64,000 nt of DNA, taken from assembly GCA_046563655.1 (NCBI GenBank), contig CM102285.1:4030001-4094000 (forward strand). The letters run 5' to 3'. Under the pieces are notes generated by a model. That model had not been told where the DNA came from. It made no database searches and saw only the letters and a program-made list of their open reading frames with translations. Shown piece after piece: positions 24,701 through 36,950 of this stretch. The DNA is from Yuukianura sp. NJ FZ-2021. Its lineage: Eukaryota. Position numbers and translations under genes: made by a program. Each line of letters begins with the position of its first letter. Position 1 is the stretch's first letter.

Positions 24701-27700
24701 GCCACCAGAAGAAACTTGTTGTAACGGACCACTAAACACCTAGGAATCCATAAAGAAACAACAAGCTCCAAAACGTTATTTCAAAAATTCAAAACTGATT
24801 TCAAAAAATCTTTTCTGAAAAAGTATATTTTCCTTACTCTGATTGCTTCGCCATAGATGAGTGCACTGAAAGGTTGGACGGTACCCAACAATCCTGCTGC
24901 TGTAATGCCCAGAACAAGGGAGGGCCATTGCAGCCGCATCATTGTACACAATAGACGTAGCAAATCTCTTTCAGAAAATGTTTCGGGAGTTGAATATGAC
25001 TGATGCATTTTTGAGCCTGCGCTGTCGCCAGCCGTGTAGTCAGCCCTAAACGCATAAAAAGTCATTTTGATACTAGAGATTAACATATGAAGCTATAATG
25101 CTGTGACTATACTTTTCGATGTTCCTCTTCGTTTTCAGCTTCTGTGCAGTATCTTGAACGTATTGGAAATACAAACCTTTGCGCAGCATCAACTCTTCGT
25201 GCATTCCGGATTCCACAATTTGCCCGCCCTAAATGTTTTGGAACTTATTATTAAAACTTTGTTTTAAAAGCACCAATCATTTAAATTCCACACAAACAAA
25301 CATGGTTGTTATTTGTATTTCTTGGTACTTTTAAAAAATGGATGACATCAACTCCTTGAACCGCGACAGGGTTATCCGTTAGTGTGACTGTAGTTCGGCT
25401 TTTTCTGCATTCACGCAGTGCTACAATTGAATGTTGCTGAAATTTACCTCAAACGATCTCCGCAAAGCTTTTTTTTTTATTTCAGAACACATTTACTAAA
25501 ATCTTTACCTTGTAAGATGGTTTCTTCTTCTTGCGAATGAGGTTCGACATTGGCAGTGGGATTGTCTAAAATTAGAACCCTGTCCAAAGGTACACGATTT
25601 TAGCTTAAGCTTTTTGATAACTACGTTTTGGACAGATTTTTTTTAAACTGATAGTTGACCTCACCTTGGTTGACTAGCTAACGCTCTAGCGAGCGCTGAA
25701 ACAAAATTCCAAATAAATTGCTTTGTAAAGCACTTTTTCGGCAAAAATATTTTGTGAATAATTGTAAATAATACCAATTAGTTGTTTTCGACTAGTAGAA
25801 AATTCCATTCCGCGTTCACCGAGCTTTGTATCGTACTTCTACCAGGGAATTAGATTTTGTTAGTATTACATAAAGCTTTACATGAAAAAAATATTACATA
25901 AAATTGAATATGGATTTTACCTCCGGTAGAAGTGAAATAAATTCGTCTGCGTAAGCCTGTCGACCTGCTTCGAGTACACTGACAGCCTTCCCTCCCATTG
26001 CAATATTTTCCCGAATTGTTCCCGGGAAAAGTTTTGGGTGTTGTGCAACCACTCCGAATTGACTTCGAACGTAGTCGGGAGGGAACTCTTGCAGGTCCAT
26101 TCCATCAAGCAAAATCTTACCAATAGAGGGACTGTAGAAACGAAGAAGGAGCATCAGCAACGTAGTTTTTCCTGAACCATTTTCTCCTACAATTCCTACA
26201 TTGGTTCCGGGAGCCACATCCAACGCTACTCCAGTCAAAACCTAATCATACATCTGAGTTACGTTTGAAATATATTTTCAATTTTAAGTTAGGCTATCTC
26301 CGTTCTTATGTTGGCATAGTACGTGTACTTGCTTATGCGTTTTCGTGTGATGTGTAAAATGGACTTCCTTGAACTGTATTTTTCCCTTTAGCGTTGTGTT
26401 TGGAAGGGAACGAATCGGTAGTGAAATTTCCTTTGGAGATTCAATGACTTCGAAAACTGAAAAGGCGGACGTTTTCGCTTCGGTAACAGATGCTCTAAGC
26501 GTCAAGATGTTTCTCACGGCAGTGGCGCTTCCCATTCCAATAAATATTACCTAAATAATAAACAAAGTGATTAGTTTAAATAAAAATGATGAAAAAGTCT
26601 GCTAAAAATTGGCTACCGTGAAAATATAACCGGGCAATATAAGCCCACGAACAAACAAGACAGAGCCGACCCAGAGGATGAGGCCGTATGAAATGTACGT
26701 AACAAAGTTCACACTTCCATTCCCTATCGCCGCAAGGTCAATGCCCTTTTCATTTGACTTAGCCGCTTCTTCAAGTGTCCGCTCATAGTCCTTCATCACT
26801 CGATCTTCTCCACCTAGAAAGCAAAAATACATTGCTGATTAAACGATTTACTGTAAATCCGCTTGCGCAGAAGAGCGGGAAAGTTTACTGCCATACCGAA
26901 AGTAATTACAGCGGATAAAGCCGCCAGCCACTTTTGAAGTGTATGATTTGCCTTTGCAAGACGGTGTTGCTCACCACCTCCAGCAGAAACGCTTAACTTG
27001 CCACTCATATTTGCCATATACAGCAATACGGCTGTAAGTAAAACTGAAAGAAGAGATAGTTCCCAGCTGACGCTGAAACTTACTGCGCAGCCACAAACTA
27101 GAGCTGCTACGTTTTGAATAAGAAGCGACGCCTTCAGTCCAGTTCCAGCCTTTATTGCATCCATATTCCTGAAAATCAAAAAACAAGCATAACTATCAAC
27201 AGGTCAAGTTTCGGTTGAGAAATAGCTTGAAAATTAAATTGAATTACTCTGAAAATTTTAGAGTCAAACTTCCTTCTTTTTGCTTTTCATGCCAAGCAAA
27301 CTGTTGTACGAAGACACTTCGCAGAAACTTAAGCCTTAGACGATAGACAATCAAATCCGAAATGATTTCAAATGACACTGCCTAGAGAATAGCAAAATTG
27401 GCACAAGAGTTGAAGGCCAAGGGATCAATTCCAAATAAAACTGTAACAAATTACCTGAAATGTACTTAGAACAAAAGTGGCACAAGTTAACACAATGTAT
27501 GCTGCAAGGATGTCTTGAGCATGCGCAGGCAAGCGTCGATGACCAGTGAAATCCGTTGATACCAGGGAATTGGTCATCATTCCAAAAACAAGCGCCAAAA
27601 GAGGACCGACGCTTCCGTGACATATAGAGCTAAAAACTCCAAAAGTCAGATTTAATCGTCCACAAATCCCCAGCGAAGAAAACTGCAAATAAAATACAAA

Positions 27701-28098
27701 AGGAAAAAAAAACTCAAAAGAAGCAAAACACGACTGATAAAAAAACACTTTTTCTGAAAAAGTTTAAAATGAAAGTGTAACAAAATGACATTGACCAAAC
27801 TTGAGATGCCACAGCAGCCTCACGACGAGTATTGATTTGTGCTTGGCTTGACCTCCTTTCAAAAAAAAATCGTGACCGTGGATATTCCGAATTGCTGGGA
27901 CAATTTCGGTTACCGATCAGCATTTGAAGCGATTTTTTTCAAATTCACTGCTAACATTTCTATAAATTATAAATTAGAAAATACCAATTTCCAAAAGCTG
28001 ATTTTGTTCCTCTGCGGGAGTTGGATGGTGCCGTAAGAGGTGCGTTTGCCTTTGACATCAGCCTCCTTCAACAATGACCCCGATTGTCCAGCCTTCAT
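21778..28098 (-). CDS. ABCB / P-glycoprotein-like full transporter (TMD-NBD-TMD-NBD) with both NBDs degenerate
   Basis: About 20 exons splice in frame by eye; two TMDs; Walker A GENGSGKTT and TDDGSGKTT; ALARAL and IARALIRNPKVLLL; HEELM..KGLY. Confidence 0.9.
24305..24452. mobile_element. Small Tc1/mariner-like MITE in an ABCB intron
   Basis: TIR CAGGTTGTCC...GGACAACCTG. Confidence 0.55.
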
Positions 28099-29643
28099 AT
28101 TTTGATCTTTTTTTAATAAATTGAACCTTTGACTTTACACCCAGACCCAGTTCCTCATGAGCCTGTGCAAACTTCTACCTCACTCTTATTGTTGCTGACT
28201 TTCATTTTGCAATGTCAATCACGAGGAGGGTATTAAGTGTGGTTGGTAGACTACTGCTAAAACCGGTATGATCAGTTGAAAAACGCAAAGTGGCCGAGTC
28301 ACTGTCCTCAACCAGTCAACATTCAACAACAAAGGGGCACAAAACATGTTTCGCAGCATCAACCATATTGTCATCCGGTTCAAAGCACAACTAACTCTGA
28401 ACCTAATCTGACAACAAAAATAACAATGATAGAAGAACCAACTAACTGCAATTGTCTGTTCATTCGATAGGTTAAAATTAAAACCTACAAACCTTAAAAG
28501 TGTTAATACAGTTGTCGTATTTTAGTGACGCAAGCAACTGCGACGGTAGTACTTGCTGGAACAAATGTAACACATAGGGATACGAATAAGAGATTGTACA
28601 GTTGGAGTAAAATTGACCAATTGACAAATTGATTTAGCTAATGCCGAAAAATTGACTAACTTTTGAACTGAAAAAGAAAGCAAAACTGAAAATTTGGAAA
28701 AGGCGGGAAATTTGTTCCGAATGTGAACGAAACTTTTTGAATTTTGTGAATGAACTAAAAATACATTAGCAAAGGGGTCAGAGTATTAGAGGATTTGCTC
28801 AAGCCGTGCGGCTATGTTATGTTAGTGCGCACTAATAACATAGATGAATACAAAACCAAACGACTTGAGTCGTGCATGGCATGCAACGAAAAAGACGTTA
28901 GGCTATTTTGTAAATAGCAACCCCCCGAAAATTAAGCCGAGATTTTTTTGAAATACATTTGGCTAGAATTTGCAATAGTTATATTCTCGTATAAACACTG
29001 GGTCCATGTTATATAGTCAAAAACAATTTGCTCAGAGAGTGAAAAGGTCAAAAAGTAAAACGGCCATAAAGTGAGATCAAACATACAAAAACCTAGCCAT
29101 TTTGATCAAGTTATTTTGACCTTTTCACCTGCTAATTAAGTATCGAAGTCAACTGTGTGATCGGCTTAGGATGGGATTTTCCCCCATTTGGCCTTGTAAA
29201 TGAGCCAGTTAAAGTAAAATTAGGTTGCTAACTGGTATGGAATCCGCAGACATGCAGAAATTTTCAAATCCATACGTTATGGGATAGTGTTTTACATTTA
29301 GCGTGTTGTGGCTCACTGCCCAGCTAAAACAATCAATATCAATAAAAATATAAAAGCATTCTGTTCATATCGGCAATATTTTGAAATAATTATATACAAA
29401 AATGACTGTATTGATTCGTTTTTTTATTGATGGTGGATAAATTCACTTGGCAAAGAATTAATACTGAATTTTGAGTTGCTTTTCTCGTCGTCTCCTAAAT
29501 TCATAGATGTTTTAAAAGTTGAATTTATGATGATGCAAGCCTGTTTTATTCTTTGCCGTGAAACCTTTGGTTATTTTTTTCAACACTGAATATTATTTGG
29601 TACATATTATCCCAAGTGGCAATTACGTTATACTTTCTTAACA

Positions 29644-31139
29644 ATGGCTTTGGCCTCGTATTTAGAATCCGTAATTCCTACGTACAACGCTGGATTCTAC
29701 TGGCATTGTTACATAGTGGACGTCTGTAAGAAATCTGCTAATACGTATGGAATCGTAGAATCTAAATTGCCGTACAAGAGTTTACTTGTTAGAGGAATCA
29801 CAATCTCAGCTCTATTCGTTAACCTTACGGTAGTAATTTCTCTCTGTTGCATAACGGCAATTGAACAAAAACCACAACGTATTGTTTTGCTCATGGGCGT
29901 TGTATTTCTATTTATACTGCTGATTGTTCTACAAATTTGGCACCTGACAGTTATGGATGAACTCCCTGCCATGGTGACAACTTTCTATAAAAATGTCGGC
30001 GCGGTGGGTAAGACTGAAAAAAAAAAACAAAACAGGCGAAATCCTATTTGCCCTGTAAGCATTGACCTTACTGTAGAATAGAAAATCACAGCAAATTAGG
30101 AAATACTTTATTTTCTATAAATTAGTCTTTCTATAAATTCTATAACACGAATATTTAAAAATGTACTGAAATCTAACCCTTTTAACCTTCTGTTTTTAAC
30201 AGCAAATGAGCCGAAAGAAGAATTTTACGAGTATGAGAAAGGCCTAAGAGTTATCAATTTTATATTCACATTGTATCGCTACGTGATAACTCCGCTAACT
30301 CTAATTTTTATTTATTTCACAAAAAATTTTGTTTCACAACTTCCGTTTCAACTGTACAAAATCATTACTGGAGAGCAGCCAGAGCCAGTTGGACTACGGG
30401 GAATTTTTTGTTACGTTTTTTATCATTTTGGCATTATACACTTTCAACGGTTGTTGCATGCTTTGCATTCTTACAATCTCTTTTCTCGTTCTACTTGTTC
30501 ATCAACTACGCGCTCATGTACACAAATATCACGCGGATTCGAATGCGTCAATTACGGTAAAACAATGAGAATGTTGATAAATCTTAAATCCTTTCTTTAA
30601 AAAAGTGTGACTTGGGCAAAACTATAAAGCTTCCTTGATTTGTCAGTGATGCTGTCAAAGAAGCTACAACTTGGAAGGCAGTACACCAAGTACAGCGGAG
30701 ATATGTTGCAGAACAAGTGTACAGCATCTGCACTAACATTGTATTTTCCGAAGTTGTGGAATTTGCACTCTACGGCTGCGCCATTGTGGTTATTACATGT
30801 ATCTACGCAATGTTTAAACTAAGAAAGGACTCACTCGAGTCTATAGGAGTCTTGATGTTGCTCATAATTGGTTTTACCATTACAAATTCATACAGTCTGA
30901 AAATTGCTATTCAACTAGCGGTGTCATTTTATTTGCACTCTCAGGCCTGTTGCCAAGGCGGTGAAGACAAGCAAACCGTTGAAAACTGGGAATTGAGCAA
31001 TCGGTTGTTTTGGAAATCGAGGAGACCAATTGCCGTTCGTGTTGGAACTCATTTTTCATTGGAAACAAAACAGTATCTCCTCAGGCTCTTCGGAGAAATT
31101 ATTTTACAAAATGCAATTTTTCTGATTCTGACATTTTAA
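29644..31139 (+). pseudogene. Chemoreceptor-like multi-TM gene, paralog 1, frameshifted in exon 2
   Basis: Three exons collinear with 35350-36950; the frame matching the paralog switches near 30437-30444. Confidence 0.7.
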
Positions 31140-31556
31140 GTTTAGAAAAAGTTCAAAGCTTTACTAATTTACAGATCAAAGTATTGTTGATCATGTTGTT
31201 ATAAAGTATTATTATAGGTTCCTTGATAGTCAAGTTGTGCTTTGTACAACATGTTGTTAAATAATTCAGAGCTTTCAAGAATCTTGTTTTAAATAATTTT
31301 TTGGCACAAATTCCACTTGCATTATATAAAGAATTATCTAGCATAGACATGAAGATGGGCTATTTTCAAACAATTTTTTTTAACTTCGAGTTATTGCACA
31401 AACTTCAGACAACCTTATAGCAGAAAAAAATTTTTTTTTGCCTATGAGCCTTGATTGTAATCACACAAAAGCCTAACTATCAGTAGATACATAAAAGTGT
31501 GATTAAGATGTCTAACGGTAACTCCAAAACGACATAGATCAAACAAATTTTATGTC

Positions 31557-31842
31557 AATAAACCGTTCTAAACGCCGTACGTAAGTAGCGAAAGGAAGCT
31601 AGTGCACATCCCGCAAAGTGTCGACTTCCGGTCAAACCGGAGCCGTATTAATCACCCCAGGGCTATGATATACTGATTTGCGAAAACAGATTGGAAAGCG
31701 GTCCAGGGGTTTTGGAGGTATAGCTATAATGCAGACAGACATACAGACTCGGGGGAAAACATAAAGTAGGTCATACTTCTCCGAGTAGGACGAGGGACGC
31801 CATTTTGTAAATTCTATCGTCTGTATGTCTGGAACCGTAGAT
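31557..31842 (-). mobile_element. Truncated copy (3' end) of a Helentron-associated non-autonomous element (HINE/DINE-1-like)
   Basis: 286 bp, two mismatches versus 33547-33832; contains subTIR AAGTAGCGAAAG and a terminal stem-loop. Confidence 0.75.
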
Positions 31843-32274
31843 GTTTGTATGGAATACTTCTGGACAGAAGCACTTAGAGCTTCACATTTACATAGGATTC
31901 GGAGTCCACTTGAATTTGAAACTAACTTAAAATTTAGATAAAAAAAAGTTTAAACATTAAAGCCACTAATAAATTGTAACCCCTAACATTGTTTCCTTAA
32001 ACCCTGAATTGAGAGTAAATGGTTTAAACTTGCGTACTCTGCATTATTTACCCTGTGATAAGCACTATTACAAGCATCGTTGCTCCTCCATTACTTTGGC
32101 TCTAAGTACATTTTTGAACTAAGTTGTTTTAAAACTCGGATTCTTCAATAAAAGATGAATTGAGTACAACTTATTGCAAAGTTAATGCCAATTTAATTTC
32201 AATGTTCCAGAACAATTTCAATTTTGTTGACAAAAATGTTCATTGTCTAAGTTGTGGGGAAAAGAAACGTGGGC

Positions 32275-32827
32275 CTACCAAGGTAGTCCAAACACACACG
32301 TCCATTTGATGGGATTTGTGCCACCAGAGGCGCATCCGACGTTTGTATAATCCGGATATAAAATATTTCCCTTGTGTCCATCTGAACTCATCCAGTCACT
32401 CATTAGACGTGAGCAGTTCCCCTGTCCGTAGGCAATATTTTCCCCATATCTGTGAAACGGATAGGCTACTGCCTTCAATCGAGCACCAAGATCCGGTTCA
32501 TTCACTTCGGTGCACTGATGATTGAAGCATGGAGTATTCACCATGATGTCGTTATGGAATTTCGCCGCATTCGCCAACTAAAAAAAACATTTATAAATGA
32601 GAAAAAAATTTTTTTTTTGGAATTTAACAGAAAATTGAGGTTAAAGTTAAGTGTACTTTTGTATCCCATGTCAATGGTTTTAAGTTTCCGTTCTTTCTCC
32701 GCTCGTCGTTCGTCTCCGCAAGGCAAAGCGTTGCTGGAGCTTGAGCTGCTGCAACAGGTGAAGAGTCAGGAGATGAAAAACTGCTTCCAAAGCAGACAAG
32801 AACTGCCAAAACCAGCAAAGGGCTCAT
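32275..32827 (-). CDS. Secreted CAP/SCP-domain protein of bacterial YkwD-like type, 2 exons
   Basis: Signal peptide; N.ER...LKPL.W..|LANAAKFHNDIM; GENIAYG; WMSSDGHKGNIL; WTCVFG; 79-bp GT-AG intron at 32578-32656. Confidence 0.9.
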
Positions 32828-33546
32828 TTTAAAAAATAAGGTTCTTTTGGATAAATGAATTTTAAAATTCCAAAAGTCACAAATCTCGCTCTTACTCTGT
32901 CTCCTATTTAACGGAGAATTTCCTGACGTGGCTAAAAATTATTTTTGTACTTAATTGCACATCTGGTTTATAATTTTCTCAAAATTTGAATTTTTATTAT
33001 TCAAACCGACCTGTTCGTCTTTGACTAAAAATATATTTGCCACGCTTCCCACAAATTACATAACAATCGATTAAAATATTTCAAAATGCGCAATATATTG
33101 ACGTCAACATTTTTGCAAGCATAGACTGAAAATACGTTGTTTGAAATTGTATTCTTGATTTTTAATCGGTTTACGATTATAGCTTTTCAAATTTCAAGCA
33201 TTCCTAAATATTTTTTTATGATCTTTGATGAAAATCAATTTAATTTCTTTTTAACTTAATAATTTCCTAAGTGGTTAAAAATTGCTAGGTACTAATAGAC
33301 TAAGTTGGCCATGAATAACGATTTGGACCGAAATTTTTCAAAGAAAAAAAAACAGAAAAACAATTAGTAGCATTATTTAACCAAAATCAAGAGATATTAT
33401 AAATAAACTACCAGAGTTGCCATTTCGGTGTTTATGTGGATTGTTTCTGCACAGAAGAGAAGCTTGACATTTTCTTAGGATTCCGACGCCTCTTTAATTT
33501 TAAACTAATTGATAACTTGGATATTAACATTTTAGAATTCTTTGTA

Positions 33547-34353
33547 AATAAACCGTTCTAAACGCCGTACGTAAGTAGCGAAAGGAAGCTAGTGCACATC
33601 CCGCAAAGTGTCGACTTCCGGTCAAACCGGAGCCGTATTAATCACCCCAGGGCTATGATATACTGATTTGCGAAAACAGATTGGAAAGCGGTCCAGGGGT
33701 TTTGGAGGTATAGCTATAATGCAGACAGACATACAGACTCGGGGGAAAACATAAAGTAGGTCATACTTCCCCGAGTAGGACGAGGGACGCCATTTTGTAA
33801 ATTCTATCGTCGGTATGTCTGGAACCGTAGATCAAAGGTCAAGGTCACCTTCAAAAAAATTGTTGAGCACAATAAGATAAACAACTTTTGTAGAGGTCAT
33901 TTTTTCGATTACCGTCAACAAAGTACTTGACCTTGACCTTTGACCCAGGCCTGGACAACATCCGGTCAAACTGGACGCTGATTAGACACCCCTGGAACAT
34001 GTGAAGAGTAAATGTGAAGCCAGATTTAAAATCGCCCCAGTGGTTCTGGAGTTATAGACGCGAATATCATAAGTGACACCATTATGCAACTTCTAAGGTC
34101 TATATCTCCAGAATCCAAGGTCAAAGGTCAAGGTCACCTATACAAAAGTTGTTCAGTTCAATGAGATGAACAACTTTTGTAAAGGTCATTTTTCCGATTT
34201 CAGTCATAAATGTACTTGACCTTGACCTTTTACCCTTAAGGGGTCTACTTCCGGGCAAATGAGTCACTGATTGTTCACCCCCAGACCGTGTCAAGTTCAC
34301 CTGTGAAGACAGATTAAAAATCGGTCCAGCGGTTCCAGAGCTAGCTTGACCAG

Positions 34354-34386
<33 letters not shown>

Positions 34387-34430
34387 TCGGGGAAAAACAT
34401 AAAGTAGCTCATACTTTCGCTACTTAATAA
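33547..34430 (-). mobile_element. HINE/DINE-1-like non-autonomous Helentron
   Basis: Minus-strand 5' end TTAAGTAGCGAAAG...GCTACTTT (subTIR plus short IR), then a (GTCT)n microsatellite and internal TGACCT repeats; 3' subTIR CTTTCGCTACTT, stem-loop and T-tract. Confidence 0.8.
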
Positions 34431-34627
34431 TTGAATTTAAAATTAAAAAAAGTTATACTAAAACTGTGTTCTTGCAGCATAATTTTTGGCACGAGGCAAG
34501 CATTAAACGACTCGATAAACTATAAACTTTCTTAATTCATATTTGATACGCCGCGCCATCAAGTGGGTTAGGCAGGCGTAGGAAAAAAGTATACAACAGA
34601 AAGGAGTTTCCAGAAATTGAGAATTCC

Positions 34628-35100
34628 AGAATCGGAGAAACTGGACGTGAATTACAAACTCGCGTGGCAGAACACAAGAAAGATGTGTTTAAACACAATG
34701 AAAATTCACCATTTGTCAAGCATCTGAAAGATTTTCAAAACCACAACGTCTTATTCGACTCAGCAAGTCTCATGTTAAAAGAACCGAAAAACTTCCATAG
34801 GAAGTTCTACGAATCTCTTTTCATCGATTCTGAATCGGACAATTTAAATCAAGACAGCGGAATGAAAATTAACCCAATGTGGAAATCTTTACTGGTCCCT
34901 ATGGCAAGGAAATTACAAAAACGAAAATGTCCGCCGTCAACAAATACTATTTGAATTTTCACTCAAGTTATATTTTATAGTTTTTTCTTTTAAAATTTTT
35001 TGATCAGTTTTATCCCTGAAGAAGGACAAAGTAATTGTTCCGAAAGCTTGGGTTTTTTCTAAATAAATTATTAGATTCCACAACTGGTGTATATCCGAAA
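34628..35100 (+). mobile_element. Penelope-like element 3' fragment (GIY-YIG endonuclease C-terminus plus pLTR remnant)
   Basis: IGETGRELQTRVAEHK...HL...H...E.LFI...NLNQDSG...W, followed by a hammerhead motif and AATAAA. Confidence 0.85.
35014..35052 (+). ncRNA. Minimal type I hammerhead ribozyme motif (PLE-associated)
   Basis: CC-CTGAAGA-[AGGACAA AGTAA TTGTTCC]-GAAA-GC-TT-GGG: conserved core, stem II, palindromic AGCT stem III and closing stem I. Confidence 0.75.
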
Positions 35101-35349
35101 AATGCAAACTAAAAAGGAGTTTCCATTTTTGAAATTAGTTTTTAGAACCCAAGTTAATAATTTCCTGTCCTATAATGGCAAAGTGGGTAATGATAAGAGT
35201 TTGGGCTGTTTAATTATTAAATTGTCTAAAAACTAAAAGGCAAAACAAAATTGAAAAGTAATAAACGTCCTAATTTTTTTCAACCCCATTTGTATATAGT
35301 TTCGGAACCATAGTGAAGCAATATTCCGGAGTTTTTGTCCTGAGCAATC

Positions 35350-36950
35350 ATGGTTTCTTCAAAGATAATTGAATCTGTTGTTCCAACATTCAATGCTGCG
35401 TTCTACTGGCGCAGTGCAACATTCTATTTTGTTAAAGAGGCAGGAGTTTACCAAGTTGTGAAATCCAAACATCCTCACAATCGCTTAATTGTTAAGCTTG
35501 TAACAGCTTCATCTCTCTTTGTCAACTTTATTACGTGTCTTTTTTATTTATTTTCGATTCCCTTCGAAAAAAAGCAAGAGCTGGCTATTCTCCACATTGG
35601 TTGTGCTGCTGTAGAAATACTTGTCATGGGTCTTCAACTCTGGTATTTGGTTTTTATGGATGAATTCGTCGGAGTAGCAGTTGCATTCTATGGCACAATT
35701 GAATCCGTTGGTAAGTTACACTTGGTAAATTGGAAAAAGTATTAGCGGCAAAATGAACATTCTTAAACAATCTCTGTAGTGTAATCCCCGTTAACTAACG
35801 AAAGTCGTAAGTAACAGCACTTCCGATTCTTCCAAAAACGTTCTAAAAAGAGCTTAAGGCGTTAAACGTTGATGTAGCTGATGCTGATACAAATAAAGCA
35901 CGTCCCTATATGCAAAATATTGATTTATTGTGTGTCAGCCGAGTGTTTACATGTTCTGTTCTGATCATAATTAAGGTAACTGTTTTAATTGCTTGCAGAA
36001 GACAAGAACGACGGGTTTTCCTATTTCACACTGGCCCTACAAATAATAAATTTCGTATTCGTTATATTTCGCTATTTCATTATCCCGGTTCTTTTAATGT
36101 TGATCTACTGTACGGACAATTTTGTATCACAAGTCGTATTTGACACATTCTCATTTGTATTTGGACTGGAACCAAAAATCACAGAGACAGATGGGATTAC
36201 TGCATACTTTTTGTATCATGCAGTTATAATAATTTACGTGATTGTAGCCAGCATCACCTTCTTGCAAGCAATATTTCCTTTGTATCTATTCATCAACAGT
36301 GCGTTGGTATACACCCACACAACGTGTACTCGCTTGCACAAATTATGGTGAAACGTATTTAATTATTTACTTATTTATTTATTATGTATTATTATTTATT
36401 TATTTATTAACTTAGTTATTATAAGCTTTTGGTGTATTAATACTCCTCTTAATTTGTTAGTGAAAGTCTTCAGGGAGCTACAACATGGGAAGCAGTGTAC
36501 GATGTTCACCAGAAGTATGTTGTGGAGTACGTGTACAACATCTCTTGTAATCTCATGTTTTCTGGAGTCGTTGAATTTGCATTGTACGGAGGTTCTATTG
36601 TACTTACCAATTGCATCTACGGAGTAATTAAACTTTGCAAGTTACCATTACACTCAATTGGACTCATTCTATTTTTTGTCATCGGAGCTGGCATCGTGTG
36701 CACATACACTATAAAAATTGCTATTCAACTTGCTGTGTCATTATATGTAGCGTCAATAGATTGTTGCCAAATAGGATCACAGAAGCAGACAAAACAGAGC
36801 TGGGAACTGCACAACAGAAAGTTCTGGAAATCAAGGAAGCCCATTGTCATTCGTGTTGGTAGTCACTTTACATTGGAAACAAAGCATTACATTCTAACGC
36901 TTGGGGACGCTATCTTACAAAACGCAATTTCCCTTATTCTAGCATTTTAA
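35350..36950 (+). CDS. Chemoreceptor-like (GR/OR-superfamily-like) multi-TM protein, paralog 2, 3 exons
   Basis: Exons at about 35350-35710, 35998-36347 and 36461-36950; multiple TM helices; C-terminal FWKSRKPIVIRVG...ISLIL. Confidence 0.75.

Noticed and set aside
28158-28620. Possible small gene upstream of ABCB
   Set aside because: No consistent spliced frame or motif on either strand.
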